Below are positions 29,758-39,401 of a stretch of DNA of 64,000 bases, in pieces. A program made the translations under genes and the position numbers. Position 1 is the stretch's first letter. The number at the start of each line of letters is the position of its first letter. The DNA comes from an uncultured Nitrosopumilaceae archaeon (GTDB lineage Archaea > Thermoproteota > Nitrososphaeria > Nitrososphaerales > Nitrosopumilaceae): positions 929-64,928 of the forward strand of contig CALNZF010000022.1 of NCBI GenBank assembly GCA_942490965.1, given 5' to 3'. Below the pieces are notes generated by a model. It did not search any database and was not told the DNA's origin. It worked only from the letters and a program-made list of their open reading frames with translations.

Positions 29758-30168
29758 ATGGCAGACATCTTCACAAAGGAGAAAAGATCATGGGTCATGT
29801 CAAGAATCCGAGGAACCAACACAAAGATTGACCTGATGATGAGGGACTGGCTTGATGCGCTAGGATATGATTACACAATGTACCCGAAGATGTATGGCAA
29901 TCCCGACTTTGTGTTAGAAAAACAAAAAATCGCAATATTCTGTGACGGGGACTTTTGGCACGGATACAACTATGAAAAGAAGAAAAGGCCTGCAAAAAAG
30001 TTCTGGCGGGAGAAAATAGAGCGTAACATGGCACGTGACAGAAAGATTTCAAGAAAACTGAGACGTGACGGCTATTCCGTTTTGAGATTCTGGGAGCATG
30101 ACATTGAAAAACGCATGGATGTGTGTCTTAACAGGATCATTGGAAAATTATTTGAAAGAGATGTCTAG
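29758..30168 (+). CDS. vsr: Very short patch repair endonuclease
   Basis: MADIF...RSWVMSRIRG.NT, G.PDFV, AIFCDGDFWHG, FW..KIERN..RD, VLRFWEH. Confidence 0.95.
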   Translation: MADIFTKEKRSWVMSRIRGTNTKIDLMMRDWLDALGYDYTMYPKMYGNPDFVLEKQKIAIFCDGDFWHGYNYEKKKRPAKKFWREKIERNMARDRKISRKLRRDGYSVLRFWEHDIEKRMDVCLNRIIGKLFERDV

Positions 30169-30343
30169 ATTTTCTTTTTCAGATTTGCTACTTGCTTTTC
30201 TAGTGATGTGATTCTTTTTTAAATTAGTCGCATTTCTCGTACGTTCTTTCTTGCGCTATATGTCAAGTTCCACATCTCTTGATTCTCTCATAGGATATTG
30301 TCACTTAGGTTCAATGCTCTAAAAAATAAAAATAAAAAAAGAG

Positions 30344-31930
30344 TTAGTTAGCAGGAACTACAATTCCTCTATCTATCATCTTAAGTGCAGTATCTGCGTG
30401 CAAACACATTGCCACACCGTTCGATGCTTTCATTACAAGGCTGTATCCTTCACGACATTCTACTTCTGCAGAATCAATTCCTGCAGTCATTTGTGTACGT
30501 GGGGAAATCCATGCTAGTTGCATGCTCTTTGCCTTTTCAATGAATTCTTCTCTAAGTTGTTGTTTTTGCTCGTCAGATAATTCAGATGATTTATCGCGGA
30601 GTTCTGCCTTGTAGGCCTTCATCTCTGCTAGTCTTTCATGAACATCAGATTTGCGTTCATCAGACATTTTGTACTTCATCTTTAACATGTGATCTTTGTA
30701 TTTCATCTTGATTTCAGAACGTTTCTTGTCAGAATCTTCTCCGAATTTTGATTCGAATTTCATCTTGATTTCATCGCGTCTTTCATCAGAGATATCACGT
30801 TTGTCCATTATCATGGCCTTTAGACGGTCAGATTTCTCAGAGAACTTCTCCATTTTATCAGAAACTTTCTCTTTGATATCATCATGATGCTTCATCTTGT
30901 AGTCTTCTCGCTCTGCAGGTGTCATGTCACACCACTTGGATGCCTTTTTAACAAACTCTGCATCAAATGTACTTGCAGTTAGTTCTGCATCAGTTAATTT
31001 GCAGAATCGCTCATAGTCCATGTGGTCTGTCATCTTGTCATGCATAGAGTCTTTCATGTGATCCATCATTACATCCATCATCTCCATCATTCTATCTCTG
31101 AAAGAATCTTGTTCGTCTTCAGACATTTCACAATATCGTAAATGGTCTGCTCTTAGATCATCAGGAAGATCATCGTGCATTGCGAGTTTTTCTGCTCTTT
31201 TCTCAGCAGTCAAATCACAAAACATTGCTAAACGATCTTTGAGATTTCCAGGACCTTTATCAGAATATTCGTCTGAATATTCTCTGAGTTCCATTCGGAT
31301 TTTGTCTCCGTGCTCTTCGATTAATTCATCGATTGCATCTTGCTCATCTTCTGATAAATCACAATAGTTTGCAAGTCTCTCATTAAATGGTGCAAGTCTT
31401 GGATGCTCTGACAAAAATTTACGTTTGTCTGCATCATTTAGCAGGCAGTATCTATCAAGCAAGTCATCAAGATCAAATTCGTCATCTTCGTATCTGTCGT
31501 CGTCTATGTCTGAATCGTCATCATCAGTATTTGTAAAGACTTTACCGTCTTCGGTCATGCATTTTTCTGGGAATGATTCCATTACATCATATCCAGCTTC
31601 AACACAGTCTTCAAAATCTTCAATGATGTCATCAGAGTCGTCTGTTTCATCGTAAACATCTGTTTCTAGATATATTGCATCAATGACTGATTCGAGTGAT
31701 TCTTCACGATCATCCTCATCTTCAATATTACAGACGGCTGCAAGTTTTTCTGCATACTCATCTAGGTCATATTTTGATAGAATGTCGCTTTGTTCATCAA
31801 CAGTCATTTCACAAAAGTCTTCTAGAATATCATCAATGTCATCTGATTCAGCAAAAGCTGTGTTTCCAGCAGTAACGCCAGTAAACATAATCAGTGAAAG
31901 AACAACGCTTAGAAGTTGTGTACTTTTCAT
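30344..31930 (-). CDS. Secreted acidic repeat protein with eight Cys-containing repeats
   Basis: Signal peptide MKSTQLL...TAFA; repeats such as FCEMTVDEQ, YCDLSEDEQ, WCDMTPAER. Confidence 0.8.
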   Translation of the reverse strand: MKSTQLLSVVLSLIMFTGVTAGNTAFAESDDIDDILEDFCEMTVDEQSDILSKYDLDEYAEKLAAVCNIEDEDDREESLESVIDAIYLETDVYDETDDSDDIIEDFEDCVEAGYDVMESFPEKCMTEDGKVFTNTDDDDSDIDDDRYEDDEFDLDDLLDRYCLLNDADKRKFLSEHPRLAPFNERLANYCDLSEDEQDAIDELIEEHGDKIRMELREYSDEYSDKGPGNLKDRLAMFCDLTAEKRAEKLAMHDDLPDDLRADHLRYCEMSEDEQDSFRDRMMEMMDVMMDHMKDSMHDKMTDHMDYERFCKLTDAELTASTFDAEFVKKASKWCDMTPAEREDYKMKHHDDIKEKVSDKMEKFSEKSDRLKAMIMDKRDISDERRDEIKMKFESKFGEDSDKKRSEIKMKYKDHMLKMKYKMSDERKSDVHERLAEMKAYKAELRDKSSELSDEQKQQLREEFIEKAKSMQLAWISPRTQMTAGIDSAEVECREGYSLVMKASNGVAMCLHADTALKMIDRGIVVPAN

Positions 31931-32152
31931 TGTCAACCTTTGATCGAGGATCATATAAAGAAAGACGAATGATCATGTGGTAATCGTTATATGCAATAAT
32001 GTCCGATTTGATCAGTTTTAGCCTGAGCCATTTCACACTCATAGAATATGCAGGGATAGCAGGTAAAATTTGGCACTAGAATGATTTGTTGGTGCTGATT
32101 ATATGCAATTGCACCTAATGTATATCATGATCTTTGCAGGATTGAAATAATT

Positions 32153-32791
32153 TTGAGAGAGAAATTAGAGCCTCTAGTCGTTTTTGGAATCATGGCAGGA
32201 GTGCTACTGCCTGCAAGATTACTCTTTGTAGAGTTTGTATCAGATAACTGGCTAGGATCAGTTGGGGTAATCTCTGCGATTTCAATTGCAATTATAATTT
32301 TAGCCAAGAAAGAGAAACTGGGATTCTTTGGTCCAATGTTTGAGAGACAGTTATACAAATTTCAAAAAGGCAAGCGTGGAATTATAATATTTGGCGAATC
32401 TGTATTTTTGCTATTGGTTTTAGGTTCGATGATATTTGCAATAGAGATGGGAAATACAGCATACTCTGATTACAAGACAGGCAACATCAAAAATGCATCA
32501 ATGCCGCAAACAGAAGAGCAGATTATACACCAGGCAAAAGAATTCAAGGCAGAAGAGTGGTTTGCAGGATTTTTAATGATACCTGCTGCATTTCTAACAC
32601 AGTTTCCTCTGATGAGTGCAACCATAGCATCAATTGATGAGACACTAGACGGATGGCTAATGCACTTTTACACAGTAGGTTTTGTAGAGTATGTAGAAAT
32701 ATTAGGAATATTGATCTTTTACAAAATATCACTACACAGGAAAATTGCATCGCCAATTACATCTGCAATTTATGAAAAAGCAGCAGTATAA
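32153..32791 (+). CDS. Hypothetical multi-pass membrane protein
   Basis: Four to five hydrophobic segments. Confidence 0.75.
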   Translation: MREKLEPLVVFGIMAGVLLPARLLFVEFVSDNWLGSVGVISAISIAIIILAKKEKLGFFGPMFERQLYKFQKGKRGIIIFGESVFLLLVLGSMIFAIEMGNTAYSDYKTGNIKNASMPQTEEQIIHQAKEFKAEEWFAGFLMIPAAFLTQFPLMSATIASIDETLDGWLMHFYTVGFVEYVEILGILIFYKISLHRKIASPITSAIYEKAAV

Positions 32792-32849
32792 AATGAACAA
32801 AAGATAAGTGAGTAGTAATTTCTTTTATAGAAAAATTCCCAATCATGCC

Positions 32850-32942
32850 ATGTTCACACAAGAAGATGATGATTTTGTTGAAAAACTATGCGATTGGGCA
32901 TCTCAAGTAGGGATTAATCTTGATAGATACTATGAAGATTAG
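32850..32942 (+). CDS. Small acidic peptide (30 aa, MFTQEDDDFVEKLCDWASQVGINLDRYYED)
   Basis: Hand-translated; TTTTATA ~27 nt upstream. Confidence 0.5.
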   Translation: MFTQEDDDFVEKLCDWASQVGINLDRYYED

Positions 32943-33089
32943 AAAAACCAAGACTAGTTCAATGAACTATCTATCATGCTTTTGATATAATTCTTTTAAA
33001 GATTACCACTTTTTGCAATGTCTTGACATTTTTTAAAGTGTATTTTTTGAACACACATTTTGTTAAGTAGAAAAATTACAAGATACATC

Positions 33090-33191
33090 ATGAAATATAT
33101 CGGAACAACTAAACTTGAGCACGGAATAGTAATGCACTATCAAAATAATTGTGGCAACATAGAGTCACATTTTATTGAAAATAATTCATAA
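33090..33191 (+). CDS. Small peptide (33 aa, MKYIGTTKLEHGIVMHYQNNCGNIESHFIENNS)
   Basis: Hand-translated; GTTAAG ~28 nt upstream. Confidence 0.45.
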   Translation: MKYIGTTKLEHGIVMHYQNNCGNIESHFIENNS

Positions 33192-33241
33192 AAAATGCAA
33201 GCGTGCAAAAAGTACATACGTAGAATGAATCAGCAAGGGAC

Positions 33242-33847
33242 ATGGATACATTTGATGCTATCAAAGAGCGTCGTTCTGTAAAGCATTATGATTCCAATCA
33301 CAAATTCTCTGATGATGAGATAAACAAGTTAATGTCATTAGCAGTTTTATCTCCAACTTCATTTAACATGCAAAACTGGAGATTCATTCTAGTCAAAGAT
33401 CCCAATATTAGAAAACAAATTCGTGCAGCAGCATGGGACCAAGCCCAAGTTACTGATTCATCATTGCTCATTGTAATTTGCGCCGATTTGAAATCATGGA
33501 AGGATAATCCTTCTCAATACTGGATAAATGCACCAAAAGAAGCTCAAGACTTTCTAGTCTCTGCAATGGGGCCGTTTTACGAAGGAAAGGAGCAGTTGCA
33601 AAGAGATGAGGCAATGCGTTCTTGTGGAATTGCAGCTCAGACAATAATGCTCGCAGCAAAATCAGCGGGGTATGATTCAAACCCAATGATAGGATTTGAT
33701 CCTGACAAGGTAGCAGAGATCATCAAACTTCCAGAGAACCACATAATATCCATGCTAATGGCAATAGGAAAGCAGACACAGACTGCAATGCCAAGAGGAG
33801 GGCAATTACCACTTGAGAAAATTGTTTTTACGGACAAATTTTCATAA
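33242..33847 (+). CDS. Nitroreductase family protein
   Basis: RRSVKHY, SPTSFNMQNWRF, PMIGFD. Confidence 0.93.
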   Translation: MDTFDAIKERRSVKHYDSNHKFSDDEINKLMSLAVLSPTSFNMQNWRFILVKDPNIRKQIRAAAWDQAQVTDSSLLIVICADLKSWKDNPSQYWINAPKEAQDFLVSAMGPFYEGKEQLQRDEAMRSCGIAAQTIMLAAKSAGYDSNPMIGFDPDKVAEIIKLPENHIISMLMAIGKQTQTAMPRGGQLPLEKIVFTDKFS

Positions 33848-33862
33848 AATTAGTAATAGAGA

Positions 33863-34189
33863 ATGGCAAAAACTCCCCTTTACAGTGACAAGCACATCAT
33901 AATTTTTGAAGATAGATTACGCTTCAAATCCTGGGCACTGCCCTGGGGCAAAAAAGACGTAATGGTTTCCCACATCAAAAAAGTTTCAGAGAGAAAAATA
34001 GGATTGTTTTCAGGCAGATTGCGAGTATCAGGATCTGGCAACTTTAGAGATTGGTTTCATTTTGATGCTGCAAGACTGAGAAAAAGCAAAGCAATCGTTT
34101 TGGAAACAAATTATAAAATTTACAAAAGATTGTGGATCACCCCTGAGAGACACAGTGCCGCATTTAATATTTTAAAGAAACTTGTTTGA
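33863..34189 (+). CDS. Hypothetical protein (PH-like fold possible)
   Basis: 108 aa ORF co-oriented with neighbours. Confidence 0.65.
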   Translation: MAKTPLYSDKHIIIFEDRLRFKSWALPWGKKDVMVSHIKKVSERKIGLFSGRLRVSGSGNFRDWFHFDAARLRKSKAIVLETNYKIYKRLWITPERHSAAFNILKKLV

Positions 34190-34198
34190 TTTGAGACA

Positions 34199-34870
34199 AT
34201 GGCTAGTTCTAGTTTAAAATCAATTGGTACACTAAACAAAAAGATTGCAATCTGCAAAAAATGTCCAAGACTGTCAGAGTACATCAGAGATGTTGCAAAA
34301 AACAAAGTAAGAAGATTCAAAGAAGAAAAATACTATGGCAAGCCATTATCAGGGTTCGGAGATGTTAATGCAAAATTACTAATCGTCGGGTTAGCGCCAG
34401 CAGCTCATGGTGGAAACAGAACAGGCAGAATGTTTACAGGCGATTCATCAGGTGATTGGCTATTCAAAGTAATGCACAAGCATGGATTTGCATCAATTCC
34501 AACCAGTCAAACTGCAGATGATGGATTAATTTTAAAAAATGCATACATTACTGCAGCAGTAAGATGTGCACCACCGCAAAACAAACCAACAAGAGAAGAG
34601 ATGGACACATGCTTTAGTTATTTAGAGCAGGAAAAAGAAATTCTAAAAAATATTACAATCATACTGTGTCTTGGAAAAATAGCGTATGATGCCACTTGCA
34701 AATTATACAAAGTCAAACCAGAAAAATTCGGTCATAACATATTATTCTCTTATGAGAATTTCAAAATTTTGACATCTTACCATCCATCAAAACAAAACAC
34801 ACAGACAGGCAGACTCAGCTGGAATCAGTGGTCTGCAGTGTTTGCAAAAGCCAAGAAATTGATAAAATAA
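34199..34870 (+). CDS. Uracil-DNA glycosylase, family 5 (UdgB-like)
   Basis: CKKCPRL Fe-S ligands, GLAPAAHGGNRTGRMFTGD, CAPPQNKP, YHPSKQNT. Confidence 0.92.
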   Translation: MASSSLKSIGTLNKKIAICKKCPRLSEYIRDVAKNKVRRFKEEKYYGKPLSGFGDVNAKLLIVGLAPAAHGGNRTGRMFTGDSSGDWLFKVMHKHGFASIPTSQTADDGLILKNAYITAAVRCAPPQNKPTREEMDTCFSYLEQEKEILKNITIILCLGKIAYDATCKLYKVKPEKFGHNILFSYENFKILTSYHPSKQNTQTGRLSWNQWSAVFAKAKKLIK

Positions 34871-34928
34871 TCAATTTTTTAGATGATATACTTACATAGC
34901 AATTTTAAAAATATCAGATAAAGGGAAA

Positions 34929-36389
34929 TTGCGAACTAGAACAATTACAATCATAGGATTTGCGATATTATTTTCAATTTTCATAACATCCAGTATTTTT
35001 CAGTGGCAATGCACCCAAGAGATGAAAGGAGTTTCAGAATACCACAGATTCATGAGCATTCCAGCCCTTACAACACTAGGTGAAATAAAAATAAATTTTC
35101 AAAACATACACATCAATAGCATTCAAACAGTTCAGGGGGTTTCACTTGAGCATACAGATGAGAAACATGGCGCGTATCAAGAATTAAGAGAAAAGTACGA
35201 TGATAGTGTTACAAAATATGATTCTCTGACATATTCTAAAAATTCAAGAGGAGAATTTTTGGCACCAGACATGATGCAGCAGAAAATGCAAGATTATATC
35301 AAAACATATCAAGAAATCATTCAGAAAAACGACATAGTTCTTGAGAAATTTCACAATAATGAGATTTCAGAAAGCAAAGCAGTCTCAGGTTTAGCATCAA
35401 TTGAAATAGAGTTTCACAAATTAATTGAAAAGAATTCAGAGATGGAGATTTTAGGAATCGAAGAGATCCAAAACAAAATCACATCAATTGAAGAGGAGAT
35501 GCAAACAGTATTTCTCATATCCACAATAGTTTCAATAGTTTCTATAATTGTATTAATTATTGTAATAACACAGTTCGTATCAAAACCCATTTCAAATTTG
35601 GTAGAAGTGACAAGGGAGATCTCAAAGGGTGAATTCACTAACGTAACTAAAAATTCAAGCAACTCAGATGTAAATGATATCATGGTTGCATTGAATCAAA
35701 TGTCAAAAGAACTTGAAAATTATAAATCAAAAATTTTAATGCAAGAAAAATTATCATCTATTGGCGAACTTGCATCTCGTCTTGCACATGATATCAAGAA
35801 TCCATTAACTGTAATCAAAGTGACTTTAGATCTGCTAAAGGCCAAGAACCAAAATTTATCTGCTGAAGAAATTAAAAAATTCGAAAGAGTAGATGATGCA
35901 ATGTATAGAATCACACATCAGATAGACAACGTGCTTGATTTTGTCAAGGGAAGACCAATGAAATTTGTAAAACACCCAATTAAAAAAATACTAGATTCTG
36001 TAATTGATGATTTGCCAAAATCAAATAAAATTAGTCTAGAGATTATTTCTGAAAATTCAGAAATAGCATGTGATTTTGAAGCAATGAAAGTAGCCTTGAT
36101 TAATCTAATAATTAATGCCATGCAAGCAATAGAAGATGAAGGAAAGATCAAGATCACTTCAAAAATCAGAGAAGACAAAGTGATTATTCAGATTGAAGAC
36201 AGCGGTCCTGGAGTTTCAAAAGAGATACTAGAAAAAATCTTCGACCCACTATACACTACAAAACAAGAAGGGACAGGATTAGGACTGGCAAGTTGTAAAT
36301 CAATCATAGAACAACATCACGGAAAAATATCTGTGAAAAACAATCCCACTAGATTCATAATTGAACTTCCTGCAAATATTGAAGAATAA
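34929..36389 (+). CDS. Membrane sensor histidine kinase with HAMP domain
   Basis: Two TMs, LAHDIKNPL H-box, NLIINA N-box, DSGPG, GTGLGL. Confidence 0.95.
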   Translation: MRTRTITIIGFAILFSIFITSSIFQWQCTQEMKGVSEYHRFMSIPALTTLGEIKINFQNIHINSIQTVQGVSLEHTDEKHGAYQELREKYDDSVTKYDSLTYSKNSRGEFLAPDMMQQKMQDYIKTYQEIIQKNDIVLEKFHNNEISESKAVSGLASIEIEFHKLIEKNSEMEILGIEEIQNKITSIEEEMQTVFLISTIVSIVSIIVLIIVITQFVSKPISNLVEVTREISKGEFTNVTKNSSNSDVNDIMVALNQMSKELENYKSKILMQEKLSSIGELASRLAHDIKNPLTVIKVTLDLLKAKNQNLSAEEIKKFERVDDAMYRITHQIDNVLDFVKGRPMKFVKHPIKKILDSVIDDLPKSNKISLEIISENSEIACDFEAMKVALINLIINAMQAIEDEGKIKITSKIREDKVIIQIEDSGPGVSKEILEKIFDPLYTTKQEGTGLGLASCKSIIEQHHGKISVKNNPTRFIIELPANIEE

Positions 36390-37003
36390 ATGGAAGACAG
36401 AAGTTTTCTAAGGGTTATCCTTTACAATGCCAAGCAGTAAGCTTTGACATGTAACACGACAATAGGATATTGTGCTTTGAATACCCCAATGTTCTGTCTT
36501 CATTATCATTAGATGATAATTGATAATAAAGCAGATCAACAATATCATGTAAAGATGTATGTTTTTTATGATATATTCAAATGAATTTTAAGAATTCTCC
36601 TAGAACACTTTAAATTTTATTTTTACTCAGTATGCATGACGAGGACTATCATACCTGCTGAGATTCAGAGGAGAAACTTTGAGGAAGTGGGCAGATAGGA
36701 AAAAGGAAACACGAAAAAGATTCAAGTATCTAAAATTCGTCAGTTTTCTGCTACAACCTCGTTTCTTATTTGGTTTTAGATTCTAAACAAACGGATATAC
36801 GAATTGTATTCCATCAAATATTGGATCATAATGGACTCTGCATATAACCAGAACGTAGAATTCATCAGTATGATCTAAATACTAAATTCACATTATCATA
36901 TCAAGTTGGAGCTCTCACCAAATAACTAATCGTTGTTGGTCTTAAGTTCCATTTTTTTCATAATCAGTCAAGCCTTAATTATAAATAAAATACATCCAAA
37001 ACA

Positions 37004-38380
37004 TTGAAAGAATTTGTTCTAGCGATATTATTTTTCATCATTCCCTTAGCATATGCCCAAGACTATCCAGAATATGGTGTAAGTGTTGAGACAGTTGCTG
37101 AAAATCTCACAATCCCATGGAGTATTGATTGGACACCTAATGGAGACATTTTATTTACTGAAAGAAATGGCAATCTAAGAATTATTCAAGATGGTCAATT
37201 GCTAGAAAAACCATTGCTATCACTGGATGTAGGTGGAGTTGAGGGAGGAATGCTAGGATTGGCAGTTGATCCTAATTTTGAGGAGAATAATTTCACCTAC
37301 ATCTATTATACTTACAATGAATTTTTAACAACTACAAACAAGCTTGTCAGATTTCAATTAACAGACAATACATTAACTGAAGAGAAAACATTGCTTGATG
37401 GAATTCCTGGAGGACCATTCCATGATGGAGGAAGAATTCAATTCGGACCAGATGGAAAACTTTACGTCACAACTGGTGAAGCAGCAAACCCATCTTTGGC
37501 CCAAGATCTAAATTCACTCGGAGGAAAAATTCTTAGAATTAATTCTGATGGAACAATTCCAGAAGATAATCCTTGGAAAGATTCTGCAATTTTTTCAATA
37601 GGGCATAGAAATCCTCAAGGGATAGACTGGGATGAATCAGGAAATATGGTTGCAACAGAGCATGGACCATCTGGATGGAGAGGGATAGCACATGACGAAA
37701 TAAATGTGATAATTCCAGGCACAAACTATGGATGGCCTGACATTATTGGGGATGAAACCAAAGAAGGTTTGCAAAACCCTATTTTACATACAGGTGATGA
37801 CACATGGGCTCCATCAGGTGTAGAGTTTTACTATGGAGATAAAATTCCAGACTGGACTGGAAAATATTTTGTTGCAACATTAAGGGGAAGTCACTTGCAT
37901 GTAATCGATTTTGATTTGCAAAACAATACTGTTCTGCATCATGAAAAACTATTCCAAGATGAATTCGGACGATTACGAGATGTAACAACAGGTCCTGACG
38001 GATACCTGTACATACTAACAAGCAATCAAGACGGAAGAGGATCACCCAGTTCTAATGACGATAGAATTCTCAGAATCATTCCATTAGATGGAATTGAGGA
38101 TAAAGATACCACGATGATTCCAGATTGGGTAAGAAGCATTGCAAAATGGTGGTCTTTGACACAAATTTCAGATGATGATTTTGCAACAACATTGCAATAT
38201 CTAATTGAAGAAAAAATCATTACCATCAATGAAGGAACTATTGCAGAGGGAGAATCAGAACCTAACTTGCCATCATGGTTAAGAAAAAATGCAGGGTGGT
38301 GGAGTCAAGGATTGTTATCTGATGATGAATTTGCAAAGAGCATTCAATGGATGATAAATAATGGATTTATCAAAAGATAG
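37004..38380 (+). CDS. PQQ-dependent sugar dehydrogenase-like beta-propeller with C-terminal IPxWxxxxAxWW repeats
   Basis: HDGGRIQFGPDGKLY, GHRNPQG, EHGP, GRLRDV; two C-terminal WW repeats. Confidence 0.9.
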   Translation: MKEFVLAILFFIIPLAYAQDYPEYGVSVETVAENLTIPWSIDWTPNGDILFTERNGNLRIIQDGQLLEKPLLSLDVGGVEGGMLGLAVDPNFEENNFTYIYYTYNEFLTTTNKLVRFQLTDNTLTEEKTLLDGIPGGPFHDGGRIQFGPDGKLYVTTGEAANPSLAQDLNSLGGKILRINSDGTIPEDNPWKDSAIFSIGHRNPQGIDWDESGNMVATEHGPSGWRGIAHDEINVIIPGTNYGWPDIIGDETKEGLQNPILHTGDDTWAPSGVEFYYGDKIPDWTGKYFVATLRGSHLHVIDFDLQNNTVLHHEKLFQDEFGRLRDVTTGPDGYLYILTSNQDGRGSPSSNDDRILRIIPLDGIEDKDTTMIPDWVRSIAKWWSLTQISDDDFATTLQYLIEEKIITINEGTIAEGESEPNLPSWLRKNAGWWSQGLLSDDEFAKSIQWMINNGFIKR

Positions 38381-38454
38381 TTTTGATCGCATGCAATTAG
38401 CAGCATTTGAGATTTAGCATCTACTTTTTATCTCATAATTGCATACAGAATATA

Positions 38455-38556
38455 GAAAGCTGACACAATTTCCTATTGTCTGAATGCAGGTGATTGTTTA
38501 CCGGTCTGAGCATACAGCAGGACTGCGTAAAGGTTATTCCGCGATAGTCAGCTTTC
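38455..38556 (+). ncRNA. Candidate structured non-coding RNA
   Basis: 10 bp closing stem GAAAGCTGAC/GTCAGCTTTC with internal hairpins; TATA-like TTTTTAT ~30 nt upstream. Confidence 0.5.
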
Positions 38557-38590
38557 AAATTTTTAAAATGGAATCATTTGAAGAAGCATA

Positions 38591-39382
38591 GTGAATATCA
38601 AAATTGGTTGTACTGGATGGAGCTATCAAGGATGGTCCGGCACATTTTATCCAAGAAACCTAAAGAGTTCAGAATGGCTCAAATATTATTCTCAGATCTT
38701 TGAGATTACAGAAATAAACTCTACATTTTACAGGATTCCTGCACAAGAAATTGTTCGACGATGGAATGCAGACACTCCAAGACATTTTAGATTTACAGCA
38801 AAATTCCCATCAATTATTACGCATGAAAAGAGACTAGACAGGGCAAATTCAGAGGTTTTTTCATTCTTAGCATCACTGGCTCCAATTCATGAAAAGATTT
38901 CAGCACTAGTTTTGCAGCTGCCACCATCATTATCATTTGAAGAGGCAAAACCAAGACTGCAGGAATTATTTGAACTGCTTCCAGATGATTTTCCATATCC
39001 AATAGAAGGCAGACATGAATCATGGTTTACAGAGGATGCGATTGCATATCTTAAACAGCATAAACACTGTCTTGTATGGAACGAAGTTTCCGGAGTGAAC
39101 AATCCAATGCCAATCACATCAGACTATCTGTATGTCAGATTGATCGGTGATCGTTCCATTCCAGATTCAGAGTTTGGCAAAGTTACAAAAAATAAAGATG
39201 AATTGATTGCAAGTTGGGCAAAAAAACTCCAAGGGATCAAAGACATTCCAAATGCAATGGTAATGGCAAACAATCACTTTGAAGGGTTTGGCCCTCACAC
39301 TGCAAACTCTTTGAGGATGCAATTAGGAATGCGGGAATTGATTTGGGAAGAAAAGAAACAGAAAACTCTAGGCAGTTTTTAA
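38591..39382 (+). CDS. DUF72 family protein
   Basis: IGCTGWSY..W.G.FYP, EINSTFY, LQLPPS, YVRLIG. Confidence 0.93.
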   Translation: MNIKIGCTGWSYQGWSGTFYPRNLKSSEWLKYYSQIFEITEINSTFYRIPAQEIVRRWNADTPRHFRFTAKFPSIITHEKRLDRANSEVFSFLASLAPIHEKISALVLQLPPSLSFEEAKPRLQELFELLPDDFPYPIEGRHESWFTEDAIAYLKQHKHCLVWNEVSGVNNPMPITSDYLYVRLIGDRSIPDSEFGKVTKNKDELIASWAKKLQGIKDIPNAMVMANNHFEGFGPHTANSLRMQLGMRELIWEEKKQKTLGSF

Positions 39383-39401
39383 AAACAGAAGTTTCTCATC
39401 A

